From Patescibacteria group bacterium (lineage in GTDB: Bacteria; Patescibacteriota; UBA1384; CAJBMM01), in the NCBI GenBank assembly GCA_041660565.1, contig JBAZWC010000002.1, forward strand, positions 85,520 through 149,519: a DNA stretch of 64,000 bases. The letters run 5' to 3'. The position numbers were made by a program, and so were the translations under genes. A model generated the notes under the pieces. It was not told where the DNA came from, did no database searches, and saw only the letters and a program-made list of their open reading frames with translations. Shown here piece by piece: positions 29,954 through 38,487 of the stretch; the first letter of the stretch is position 1; each line of letters opens with the position of its first letter.

Positions 29954-30079
29954 AGTTCATCTTCCTTTCAGATTTTGATAGGGTTTGTTTTCGTTTGTTT
30001 TCCTTATTTATATCAGTTTGAGACCTCAATAGCAAGATTTTAGGCCCTCCAACGTGCGGAGGGCCTATGGCTGGCGACT

Positions 30080-30754
30080 TCACCAGTCGATTGTAACGAT
30101 GCGAGCAAACTGGCTAGATGCGGTCATGGGATCGGCATACAGCTTGACATAGGTGACGTCCAGGCCATCTTCGACCAGATACATCACCGCCCACAGCTTC
30201 CTCGATCGATCAGGAACCCCCGGGAAAACGTGTAATCCGGGCACATACAACGGAAAGTTCATATCGCTCCGACATTTCAGCCAGATAAACTGCATCACCC
30301 GCGCCAACGGGATCGGCACCCCACCTGCCTCATCGAACATCTGCTGGTAGGTTGCCCGACGCCCCAAGTTGTTGACGGTCACCGAACAGGGCAGCGGCTC
30401 TTGCATCAACACGTCGTCCCCAAAGACATCGTGGAACGATTTGTCGATGGACCATTTGGTCAGGCCATAACCAGATACCAGATCGCCGGTGGCCAAATGC
30501 AGTGGCACAAGGTTGTTAACCAGCGGCAAGTTCACCGAAATGGTCGGCTTCAGCAACCCCGTCTGTGATGCGGGCTCGCGCGGTACTGGCGACATCAACA
30601 ACCTTCGCAACTCCGGACCAAGCAAGCTAGTGTGACCTTGCCAAAACCGTACGGCGTCAGCGGGAACTTCTTCAACGGGCATTGGAGACTGCTGCACTAG
30701 CATTGCATGCAGCTCTTTCAGCATTCTTGCTTGGGCTCTCTCATGTTCTGGCAT
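30080..30754 (-). CDS. Hypothetical protein, LARVWQY-motif paralog family member E1 (GC-rich island E)
   Basis: 224 aa. Shares PLARVMQFIWLKCRS…FPGVPDR with E2 (SLARVWQYLHVACRS…RVPNR) and F1 (ITLARVWQYVALY). Identical 96-bp leader upstream. Confidence 0.55.
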   Translation of the reverse strand: MPEHERAQARMLKELHAMLVQQSPMPVEEVPADAVRFWQGHTSLLGPELRRLLMSPVPREPASQTGLLKPTISVNLPLVNNLVPLHLATGDLVSGYGLTKWSIDKSFHDVFGDDVLMQEPLPCSVTVNNLGRRATYQQMFDEAGGVPIPLARVMQFIWLKCRSDMNFPLYVPGLHVFPGVPDRSRKLWAVMYLVEDGLDVTYVKLYADPMTASSQFARIVTIDW

Positions 30755-30847
30755 GAGCTATCCCCTTTACGTTTTACGCCCGCCGGCGTAACGGCTCGCC
30801 TGTTCGAGCCGTTTGAATCCACACAAAAAATACCACAAAAAGTGGTA
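30752..30847 (-). promoter_or_regulatory. Duplicated 5' leader/regulatory module, copy 1 (identical to 31619-31714)
   Basis: Sense orientation: TACCACTTTTTGTGGTA (perfect IR), U-run, AACGGCTCG-AACAGG-CGAGCCGTT hairpin, ACGCC-GGCG-GGCGT hairpin, AAAGGGGA RBS, ATG. 96/96 identical between copies. Confidence 0.7.
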
Positions 30848-30910
30848 AATGTCTAGAATGAAATCGGCCCCGGGGGTTAGCCGGGGCCGGAGTGTTTGAC
30901 GTGCCTGATG

Positions 30911-31621
30911 TCAACTGGCGTAGACCAGCACATTGGCTTGGACCGGATCATCCAGCGGGTGAGCATCCAACATAATCCACGACTTACCCGTGCTGTGATC
31001 CGGAGTAGCGCAAACGACAACATGAGCGCCATTGCGGTTCGGGACTCGGATGAAAGCGTGGCTGGTGTCACCCATACTGATCAAACTCTCGCATGACCGA
31101 CACGCCACATGGAGGTACTGCCACACCCGTGCCAACGACAACGACCGCACCGGGTAGGCTATCGTCCCAGCAACGTCTTGGTAGGTATCTCTTTCTTTCG
31201 GATGTACGCGATTACAGACTGTCACGTTCCCAGCTAGCCACAGGATTATCGGCCCGATCCCTCTGAACGCCTCAGTGAACGAATCATCAAGGATCACGCC
31301 CCAATTGTTGATGGCAACGCCGTCAGATTTGTCAAAGCGCCGATTGTGCCAGTACTCATCCGGCGGCAACTGGATGGTTATCAGTTTCTCCAGTACCGTC
31401 TCGTCAAACGCCGGTGGAAAGACGCATCGTAGGCCAGCTTGCATCGCCTCCCCTAGCAGGCTCTTGTGCGCTAGCAGATATTCGACATGTTGCATCGAGA
31501 TGCCAGCACCGGGAGTCGGCGCCTTCGCCAAGACAGCAGTGTACCAATCATGAACGTAGCCCGCAGTCAGCAAATCGACTCCCCGATCTCTTGCCTGGGC
31601 TGTCTCACGGTCCGTAGACAT
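30911..31621 (-). CDS. Hypothetical protein, LARVWQY-motif paralog family member E2
   Basis: 236 aa, see E1. Starts with the same leader and ATG context (rc of CATGAGCTATCC). Confidence 0.55.
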   Translation of the reverse strand: MSTDRETAQARDRGVDLLTAGYVHDWYTAVLAKAPTPGAGISMQHVEYLLAHKSLLGEAMQAGLRCVFPPAFDETVLEKLITIQLPPDEYWHNRRFDKSDGVAINNWGVILDDSFTEAFRGIGPIILWLAGNVTVCNRVHPKERDTYQDVAGTIAYPVRSLSLARVWQYLHVACRSCESLISMGDTSHAFIRVPNRNGAHVVVCATPDHSTGKSWIMLDAHPLDDPVQANVLVYAS

Positions 31622-31714
31622 GAGCTATCCCCTTTACGTTTTACGCCCGCCGGCGTAACGGCTCGCCTGTTCGAGCCGTTTGAATCCACACAAAAAATAC
31701 CACAAAAAGTGGTA
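31619..31714 (-). promoter_or_regulatory. Duplicated 5' leader/regulatory module, copy 2
   Basis: Exact repeat of 30752-30847. Upstream flanks differ. Confidence 0.7.
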
Positions 31715-31742
31715 GGTGTCCATATTTGACGTAAGGGTAGTT

Positions 31743-31812
31743 TGGGAAATTAGGGGTTTTAGGGGCATTAGGAACTCCCAATTTCCCTAATCGCCCTAAT
31801 GCCCCTAACCGG
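31743..31812. repeat. TTAGGG-like inverted repeat with G-tracts, copy 2
   Basis: AAATTAGGGGTTTTAGGGGCATTAGGAACTCCCAATTTCCCTAATCGCCCTAATGCCCCTAA. Arms are reverse complements. Related to 3876-3958. Confidence 0.7.
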
Positions 31813-31814
31813 CT

Positions 31815-33076
31815 TTATTTTCCCAACAGCTCTTCTATCCTTAATAGCTCATTATATTTGGCGATGCGTTCGCCGCGGGCCGGCGCGCCAAATTTAACAT
31901 ACGGCACTTGCAACCCCACCGCCAAATGCGCCAAAATTGGGCTTTCGGTATCGCCAGAGCGGTGCGATAACACTGGCGCATAACCCAACTTTACCGCTTC
32001 GATTATTGCTTCCACCGAACCGGTTAACGTGCCAATTTGGGTTGGTTTAATCATAATTGCGTTGGCAATGTGGTCAGTGGCGCCTTTACGTAACCGCGTG
32101 GCGTTGGTGGAGAAAATGTCATCGCCAATTACCATAATTTTATCGTTCAATTGGCGCGACAACTCAATCCACCCATCCCAGTCTTGATCTGCCAAACCGT
32201 CCTCAATACCCATCAACGGAAAGTTGGCGTGCAACTTGGTAAATTTGTCTATTAGATATTGTGCCGGTACATCACCATCGTGATGAGAAAGATGATACAA
32301 TCGCGCATCGGTGTACAGATTATTCGCTGCCACATCCAACACAATGCCATGTCTTCGGCTTTGTAGCCGGCCAACTGCGTGCCCTCAACAATCAGCGACA
32401 TACCCTGATCGGTGGTAGCGTTTGGCACCGAATACCCACCTTCATCGCCCACCTGCTTGCCAAACCCACTTTTCTGCAAAATGGTGCCTACAGCATGATA
32501 AATATCCGCCCCAACTTGCAACGCTTGCCTAAAACTAGAGGCATTTTTGATCACAATGTTAAATTCTTGCGCGTCGGTAGAGAAAGCCGCCAATTTGCCA
32601 CCGTTAAAGATGTTAATCATTGGCTTAGGGATTTCTAATTTGGCGCTCGGGTCTAAATCTTCCCTAAGCATTCGAAAGCTAACATACGCCGGCTGTTTTT
32701 GACGATCTGCTTCGGCCATTGCATACGCATACGACAGGCAGAGGATGCCGTTGGCGCCGTAATGCTCCAAACTGGGAGTGCCGTCTAGGCCAACGATGTA
32801 CTGATCAAAAACTTTTTGATTATTAAATTCCATCCCGATAATTTGCGGCGCTAGATAATGATTAACGTTTTCTACTACGCGGGTAACGCCGCGGCCTCGC
32901 AAACGGCCTAAATCGCCATCGCGTAGTTCATGCATTTCGTATGAGCCAATAGAGGTGCCACTACCAACGTTAGCGGAAGTAACGCCACCGCCGTCTAGGG
33001 CGATGTCAACTTCTACCGTCGGGTCTCCTCGCGAGTCGATAATTTCTCTGGCTTTTATGGTGGTTATTTTAGACAA
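31815..33076 (-). pseudogene. eno: Enolase (phosphopyruvate hydratase) interrupted by an apparent +/-1 frameshift near 32335-32345
   Basis: N-terminal part (TTG start 33076 after RBS GAGGGG; …IIDSRGDPTVEVDI…GDEGGY…AGYKAEDMAL) and C-terminal part (…LDVAANN…SHRSGDTESP…GAPARGERIAKYNELLRIEE) lie in different frames (track ORFs 32252..33139 and 31815..32342). Could be a sequencing error or an authentic disruption. Confidence 0.85.
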
Positions 33077-33143
33077 TAAAACCCCTCTGCTAATATGATA
33101 ACAGAAAACAGATGACATGGGACAGAGGACAGACGCCACGACC

Positions 33144-33220
33144 TGTCATTTCGACCCTACGAGAATGTCAATTCGAGTATGTTGGAGAAATCTTAAAGAA
33201 GAATCCCTTCCAGTATATAA
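33144..33220 (+). repeat. R1-related repeat copy f (TGTCATTTCGACC ... GGAGAAATCTTAAAGAAG variant)
   Basis: Shares TGTCATTTCGAC head and GGAGAAATCT tail with copies h (38281) and i (48567). Confidence 0.65.
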
Positions 33221-33221
33221 A

Positions 33222-33252
33222 AAGAACGCCTCCCAACTTGCAGGGAGGCGTC
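33222..33252 (-). terminator. Terminator hairpin of F1 (ACGCCTCCC-AACTTGCA-GGGAGGCGT)
   Basis: On the minus strand, GGGAGGCGT is followed by TCTTTTTATATA. Paralogous hairpin at 34052-34082 after F2. Confidence 0.55.
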
Positions 33253-33261
33253 GAGTACACG

Positions 33262-33906
33262 TCAAGCAACGACGACGCGGGCGCCAGCGTTCAGCTCATC
33301 CGAACCATGGGCGATGTTGAAATGTACACGATTTTTTCCTGCCCAGCGTGTGAAATCCATTCTTACACCGTGTACATGTCCCAAATGGTCGAGCACGTAT
33401 GGAATGTAGTATCGCCACGCCCAAGACTGGTCATCTTGGATGTACAACGCGACATACTGCCATACACGAGCCAAGGTTATTCCGATCTGACGGTGTAATT
33501 CTGGCGACACTCCGGTGCAGTCTGTCATCGAGGTGGTCTTGAGTATGTGAAGCTTAGCCGACATGCGCTCGTCAAGCCGATTTTCACTGTCGAGCATATC
33601 AGACGTGAAGATGGAACGGAACTCATCGCTCGTCTTCTCTATTCTCACCTCATCGCCAATAAACGCGCCCTGGGCAAACTTCTCCCTGAGGTCAAACCCC
33701 GTCAACGCTGGTAGTACAACGGAATACCAGAGCTCCAGAAGTTGTCGTCCCGCTGGTCTCGGCAGTTTGGACTTGACGTAAGTGACAAACTGGTCTGGGT
33801 GTTCGATCAACGCTTTTTGGAAGTCATCGTCCCCAACCCCACGCTCCTCCAGTAAGCGAGCCAGCTCGCCCACCTTTCTTGCACTAATAGGCTGCACGGT
33901 TGCCAC
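33262..33906 (-). CDS. Hypothetical protein, LARVWQY-motif paralog family member F1 (GC-rich island F)
   Basis: 214 aa, GTG start with AGGTG RBS. ITLARVWQYVALYIQDD motif. Upstream 79-bp leader duplicated at 34719-34799. Confidence 0.55.
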   Translation of the reverse strand: MATVQPISARKVGELARLLEERGVGDDDFQKALIEHPDQFVTYVKSKLPRPAGRQLLELWYSVVLPALTGFDLREKFAQGAFIGDEVRIEKTSDEFRSIFTSDMLDSENRLDERMSAKLHILKTTSMTDCTGVSPELHRQIGITLARVWQYVALYIQDDQSWAWRYYIPYVLDHLGHVHGVRMDFTRWAGKNRVHFNIAHGSDELNAGARVVVA

Positions 33907-33917
33907 CGCAACACCTA

Positions 33918-33996
33918 TTTGCCTTTCTGCGCCCTTCGACGCGGCCTTGGCCCGACAGTTCGGACCGTTGGTAAAGAACTAGCCAAAACGATACCA
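33918..33996 (-). promoter_or_regulatory. Second duplicated leader family, copy 1 (matches 34719-34799)
   Basis: TTTGCCTTTCTGCGCC..GACGCGGCCTTGGCCCGACAGTTCGGACCGTTGGTAAAGAACTAGCCAAAACGATACCA, about 75/79 identical to copy 2. Contains GGUCCG/CGGGCC hairpin (sense). Confidence 0.65.
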
Positions 33997-34017
33997 CTTT
34001 AATCCGTATTTGTCCAC

Positions 34018-34050
34018 TGTCATTCCGGATTTAATTCGGAATCTATATAA
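34018..34050 (+). repeat. R1 hairpin repeat copy g (TGTCATTCCGGATTTAATTCGGAATCTATATAA)
   Basis: One mismatch in the stem relative to copies a and e. Confidence 0.8.
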
Positions 34051-34090
34051 GAAGAACGCCTCCTAAGCATCAGGAGGCGTCGAATACCGG

Positions 34091-34711
34091 TCAACCGATG
34101 ACCAGACTGAATGATCTGAACGCGTCAAAGTTCCATCCGCGTCTGTTGTAACCGAGACGACAGATGACATCCGGATCGAACTTGACCCACACTCTGACGT
34201 GTGTGCCATTTACCGGCAGTACTCCGTCTGCACCTCGTCCCTGTGGTTTGATCAGCTGAATCAGGTGGGCGGGGTGGATCGGGATTGGTTGGTCGCCACT
34301 ACCGACTCCCACGATCATCATTCCCGATGACTCCGAGGTGCGAAATGGGCGGTAAACCACGTCTACTGATGGAATAATTATGGGGGTTTTGTCGAAATCG
34401 AGTGCCGTCGCCCAAAAGTCTGGAGAAAAAGCATCGATCTTGACACCGTCACCTAGGTCCACGGTCCCGTTGTAGAGATCAGACACCACGACATTGCGTT
34501 GTTCTGGGAGGTGGATTCGAAAGCTGCCATCATGTCCGATCGACAACTGATGCGTGTACTGGTTCTTCAACGATTCCGGCGGCTCTCTGCGCAGGAATAG
34601 GCACAATTGCCTTAACCACTCAGAGCCATTTCTTCCGCATAGCTTATCCCACAAATCCTTCATCGGTCCGTGTGCATCACGGAGCGACACACCGAGCATG
34701 TCATCAGACAT
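34091..34711 (-). CDS. Hypothetical protein, distant paralog F2
   Basis: 206 aa. Weak similarity to E1 (REPPESL vs REPASQTGL region). Same leader family as F1. Own terminator hairpin at 34052-34082. Confidence 0.5.
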   Translation of the reverse strand: MSDDMLGVSLRDAHGPMKDLWDKLCGRNGSEWLRQLCLFLRREPPESLKNQYTHQLSIGHDGSFRIHLPEQRNVVVSDLYNGTVDLGDGVKIDAFSPDFWATALDFDKTPIIIPSVDVVYRPFRTSESSGMMIVGVGSGDQPIPIHPAHLIQLIKPQGRGADGVLPVNGTHVRVWVKFDPDVICRLGYNRRGWNFDAFRSFSLVIG

Positions 34712-34718
34712 GGTCAGT

Positions 34719-34799
34719 TTTTGCCTTTCTGCGCCTTAAAGACGCGGCCTTGGCCCGACAGTTCGGACCGTTGGTAAAGAACTAGCCAAAACGATACCA
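34719..34799 (-). promoter_or_regulatory. Second duplicated leader family, copy 2
   Basis: See 33918-33996. Confidence 0.65.
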
Positions 34800-34872
34800 T
34801 CAAAACTAGCGCTTGTCGAGACGTAGAAAATCAAAATTTCAAATTCATCGTTATTCTTGCTACAATATCCCT

Positions 34873-36384
34873 ATGAATCTAACGCGAAAAGTGGCGTGGA
34901 ATACCGCCGTGCAAGGTTTTGGCCGCCTGCTGGCCATTTTAGTGTCGTTTGCCAGCGTCAAAATTTTAACCGTTAACCTGGGCCCGGCCGGCTACGGAGA
35001 GTACGCTGCTATTCTAAACTACGTTACCTTTTTTGCCGTGCTAGCCGATTTTGGTTTTTTCTGGATTTTAGTTAAAGAGCTATCAGTAGTTACCGATCGC
35101 GAGCGCACCAACTACATCACCGGTAACATTATGGCGTTTCGCGCCATCTTTGCCACTATCGTATTGGCTTGCGCCGTTATTGCCGTTTATTTGGCGCCAG
35201 CCGGCTCCATCGCCATTCTAACGCCAGCCGTTAAATGGGGCATTTTGGTGGTAGCTATCGCCACATTTTGGCAATCCATGAACAGTACTATGGTGGCGGT
35301 TTTTCAAGCGCATTTTAGGATGGAAGCGCCGGTTATTACCGATATCATCGGACGCATTATCTCGCTGATTGTTTTAATCCCGTTTATCATCTGGCATTTG
35401 AACGTGGCTTGGCTGGTTTCGGCGATGGTGTGGGGCGGATTTATTAATTTTGTCTTGAACATTATTGCCGGCCGCAAATACGCCGACTTTGGTTTTAAGT
35501 TTGATTTTGCATACTGGCGCAAAATTTGGTCGGAATGCGCTATTTTAGGCGTGGTTTCGGTGCTGGCGTTGGTCTATTTTAAGATCGACGGCGTGATGTT
35601 ATCGATTATGAGAAGCGCCACCGATGTGGGTATTTATTCGGCGCCTTATAAAGTGATTGAAATTATCAACTTTTTCCCCGCCATCTTTATGGGGTTGATT
35701 TTTACGGCGTTAGCGCAAAGCTGGCAGACGGACAAAAAACGAGCGGCCACGCTGATTAATCGATCAACCGAAGCGATGACCTTGATCATCTTTCCCATTC
35801 TAATTGCCGGCATTGTGCTAGCCAAACCGATTATGCAGTTTGTTACCTCTACCAGTTATGCCGACTACTCCACCGTTACCTTGAATATTTTGAACCATCA
35901 TTTGGTGTTTAACGGGGTGATGGTGTTGCAACTGTTGTTAGTTGCGGTAACTATTGATGCGTTTGCCAACATTTACGGCAAGGGGATCATTGCGTTTGGG
36001 TCAACAAAGCTGTTATTGTGGCCCAACGTCATCGCCGTTTTAGTGAATATTGGGCTTAATTTATACGTTATTCCGCGCTGGTCTTACGCCGGAACCACCT
36101 TTGTCACTATCATTACTGAATTAATTGTGTTAATAATTCAGATAGTCATTATTAAGCGATACGTTAAGATGGTTTTGCCATGGAAGATGTTTGGCCGCAC
36201 CATTTTGGCTACCCTAATGATGGCGATAGTGCTTTTGCCACTGCGAGACGTGAACGCGTTAATTGGACTTGGGGTAGGAGCAGTGGTTTATACTGCGTTT
36301 GCTTGGCTCTTTGGCGCTATCACGCCTGAAACGGTGCAGATGGTGTTTAAGAAAAACGAGGGCGAGGTAAGCACTAAACTCTAA
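34873..36384 (+). CDS. Polysaccharide biosynthesis protein / oligosaccharide flippase (Wzx/PST family)
   Basis: About 500 aa, 12-14 TM helices, MNLTRKVAWNTAVQGFGRLLAILVSF N-terminus typical of the PST family. ATG 34873 sits 7 nt after a TACAAT -10 box (possible leaderless start). Track start 34813 is a TTG. Confidence 0.75.
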   Translation: MNLTRKVAWNTAVQGFGRLLAILVSFASVKILTVNLGPAGYGEYAAILNYVTFFAVLADFGFFWILVKELSVVTDRERTNYITGNIMAFRAIFATIVLACAVIAVYLAPAGSIAILTPAVKWGILVVAIATFWQSMNSTMVAVFQAHFRMEAPVITDIIGRIISLIVLIPFIIWHLNVAWLVSAMVWGGFINFVLNIIAGRKYADFGFKFDFAYWRKIWSECAILGVVSVLALVYFKIDGVMLSIMRSATDVGIYSAPYKVIEIINFFPAIFMGLIFTALAQSWQTDKKRAATLINRSTEAMTLIIFPILIAGIVLAKPIMQFVTSTSYADYSTVTLNILNHHLVFNGVMVLQLLLVAVTIDAFANIYGKGIIAFGSTKLLLWPNVIAVLVNIGLNLYVIPRWSYAGTTFVTIITELIVLIIQIVIIKRYVKMVLPWKMFGRTILATLMMAIVLLPLRDVNALIGLGVGAVVYTAFAWLFGAITPETVQMVFKKNEGEVSTKL

Positions 36385-36480
36385 GCACCAAATTCTAAAT
36401 AAATTCGAAATATCAAATTCAAAATTCAAAACGTATATTTTTTAATTTTTGTGCTTTGAATTTATTTAGTGCTTGGAACT
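36368..36480. repeat. R3 AT-rich inverted-repeat element (AGCACTAAACTCTAAGCACC ... TTTAGTGCTTGG) forming a long AT hairpin
   Basis: Inner IR CTAAATAAATTC / GAATTTATTTAG. Located at the flippase 3' end. Confidence 0.55.
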
Positions 36481-36544
36481 TAGAATTTAGAATTTATTAC
36501 TTATAGGTGTCGCTAATTATTAAGAAAATAAAGGTGTATAGACA

Positions 36545-37615
36545 ATGAAGATAGGTATTGATATTCAAACCACCCTGGGCCAGAAAACCGGCTTTGGATT
36601 TTATGTGGACAATTTGGTCAAAGCCATGCAAAAAATTCGGGGAGATAACGAATTGGCGTTTTTTTATCCGGATTCAGAGCACGATTTATCCACCCCGCAG
36701 CGCTGGTGGTGGGATCAGATCAGTTTACCCAAAGCTGCTTACAAAGCCAAAGTAGATTTATTGCACCAACCGGCTTTTTCGGTGCCTATTTGGTATCCAG
36801 GTAAAAAAATTGTCACCATTCACGATACCATCAGCCTGTTTTACACCGACATTCCGTTTGTTTCACGCCAATATTACGCCAAATGGATGCCGTTTTCGTA
36901 TAATTATGGCGACCACTTTATCACCATCTCAAATCACTCCAAAAAAGACATCATGGAGCGAATGCATATTCCGGCAGATAAAATTACCGTCACCTACGAA
37001 GCGGCTGACGAGCGATTTCGCCTCCCGGTATCGGCAGACAAAAAACATGAAGTTTGTGCCAAATACGGCATCAAACCGCCATTTTTACTAGATGTCGGCA
37101 CCTTAAATCCTCGCAAAAACTTAGAGTTTTTAATTAAAGCTTTCGCCAAATCAATCAAGCATTTGGACAAGCCGTATCAACTGGTGCTAACTGGCAAAAA
37201 AGGCTGGCATTATGACCAGTTGTTTAAGTTGGTTGAGGATTTGGGCTTAAACGATCGGGTAATTTTTACCGGATATGTGGACGATGATGACAAACCGGCG
37301 CTTTATCACGCTTCTACGATGTTTGTTTTCCCATCGGTTTATGAAGGATTTGGTCTGCCACCGCTAGAGGCGATGACCTGTGGCGTGCCGGTCATTTCCA
37401 GCAATACCTCTTCCTTGCCCGAGGTGGTAGGTGATGGCGGTATTAGTTTAGACCCGCACGACGAAGCGGAATGGGTAAAATCGATTATTGAAGTTTTATC
37501 GCATGAAAAGCTTCACCATGACTTAAGCGAGCGCGCCGCTAAGCAGGCCGCAAAGTTCTCTTGGGATCGCTGCGCTAAAGAAACCCTAGCCGTTTACGAA
37601 ATGTTTAAGAAATAA
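36545..37615 (+). CDS. Glycosyltransferase family 4 (GT-B, GT1 clan)
   Basis: 356 aa. C-terminal EGFGLPPLEAMTCGVPVISSNTSSLPEVVGDGG motif. Confidence 0.85.
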   Translation: MKIGIDIQTTLGQKTGFGFYVDNLVKAMQKIRGDNELAFFYPDSEHDLSTPQRWWWDQISLPKAAYKAKVDLLHQPAFSVPIWYPGKKIVTIHDTISLFYTDIPFVSRQYYAKWMPFSYNYGDHFITISNHSKKDIMERMHIPADKITVTYEAADERFRLPVSADKKHEVCAKYGIKPPFLLDVGTLNPRKNLEFLIKAFAKSIKHLDKPYQLVLTGKKGWHYDQLFKLVEDLGLNDRVIFTGYVDDDDKPALYHASTMFVFPSVYEGFGLPPLEAMTCGVPVISSNTSSLPEVVGDGGISLDPHDEAEWVKSIIEVLSHEKLHHDLSERAAKQAAKFSWDRCAKETLAVYEMFKK

Positions 37616-38198
37616 TTTTTCTAGTCTGATCAATTTGATCACTCGCCGTTTCGAGCGTGCTATTTGGCATGTTCCAAGTTTGATAGATCAAATATCCAAC
37701 CCACCCAATGGCGCCGAATAGCGCCAGGGCTCCCAGAAAATATATCACCCCACCAATCTGTTGATCAGATTGTAACAAAGACCAATGATCAAGTAACCAG
37801 TGCCAATCGTGTGACTCCGGATCGTCTGTAATCAACGGAAGCGATCGAGCCTGTGCATCTTTAATGTACACCGCTACATTAATCAAGCTATCGCCCAACC
37901 AAAATAAAGCAAAAGCGGCAGAGCCAAACTGCTTTTTTGACCAAAATGCAATCAAACAAATAATCGGAATGATCAGTTGAGTCAACGAGCCACCCAGAAT
38001 ACGCAGTACGTCACCAAATGGCGAGAATAGTACGTGGCCGGATTCGTGAAAAATCAGATTGACATAGTCAAGAAAAATCCACGGTTGCTCAACCGGTCTA
38101 AGCAAGCGGCTGGTTAGATATATCAATACCGCACCACCCAAAACTAACCCAATAATGCGGTTCCAGTTGCGGTTGATAGTTTCGGCGTTGTTTTGCAT
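37605..38198 (-). CDS. Hypothetical integral membrane protein
   Basis: 197 aa, about 5 TM helices. HESGH metal-binding-like motif (IFHESGHVLFSPFG). Confidence 0.45.
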   Translation of the reverse strand: MQNNAETINRNWNRIIGLVLGGAVLIYLTSRLLRPVEQPWIFLDYVNLIFHESGHVLFSPFGDVLRILGGSLTQLIIPIICLIAFWSKKQFGSAAFALFWLGDSLINVAVYIKDAQARSLPLITDDPESHDWHWLLDHWSLLQSDQQIGGVIYFLGALALFGAIGWVGYLIYQTWNMPNSTLETASDQIDQTRKIIS

Positions 38199-38280
38199 AT
38201 TTTTAGTGTACCATGCCCAAATAGGCTAAATAAACTGACCGCTATTTCTGTTGATATATCGTGAATACGATTACCTCCGT

Positions 38281-38436
38281 TGTCATTTCGACCCGAGGAG
38301 CAGGCTCGAGCGACTACGTTGGAGAAATCTGAGAAAGAACCCCTTCCAGTTTTTCTCGAGATCTCTCCCTCCGGGCTTACGCCCTAAGAGGGCAGGAAGC
38401 CACCCTCGAGACAAAGCTCGAGGAGTCGAGATGACA
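38281..38436 (+). repeat. R1-related long element with terminal inverted repeats (TGTCATTTCGAC ... GTCGAGATGACA), ~156 bp
   Basis: Head identical to copies f and i, GGAGAAATCTGAGAAAG internal tail. GC-rich internal palindromes (CTCGAG x3). Ends with the reverse complement of its head. Confidence 0.6.
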
Positions 38437-38487
38437 GCAAAATGTAATTATTTCTATAGATATGTATATGTGTGTTAAAATATATTT

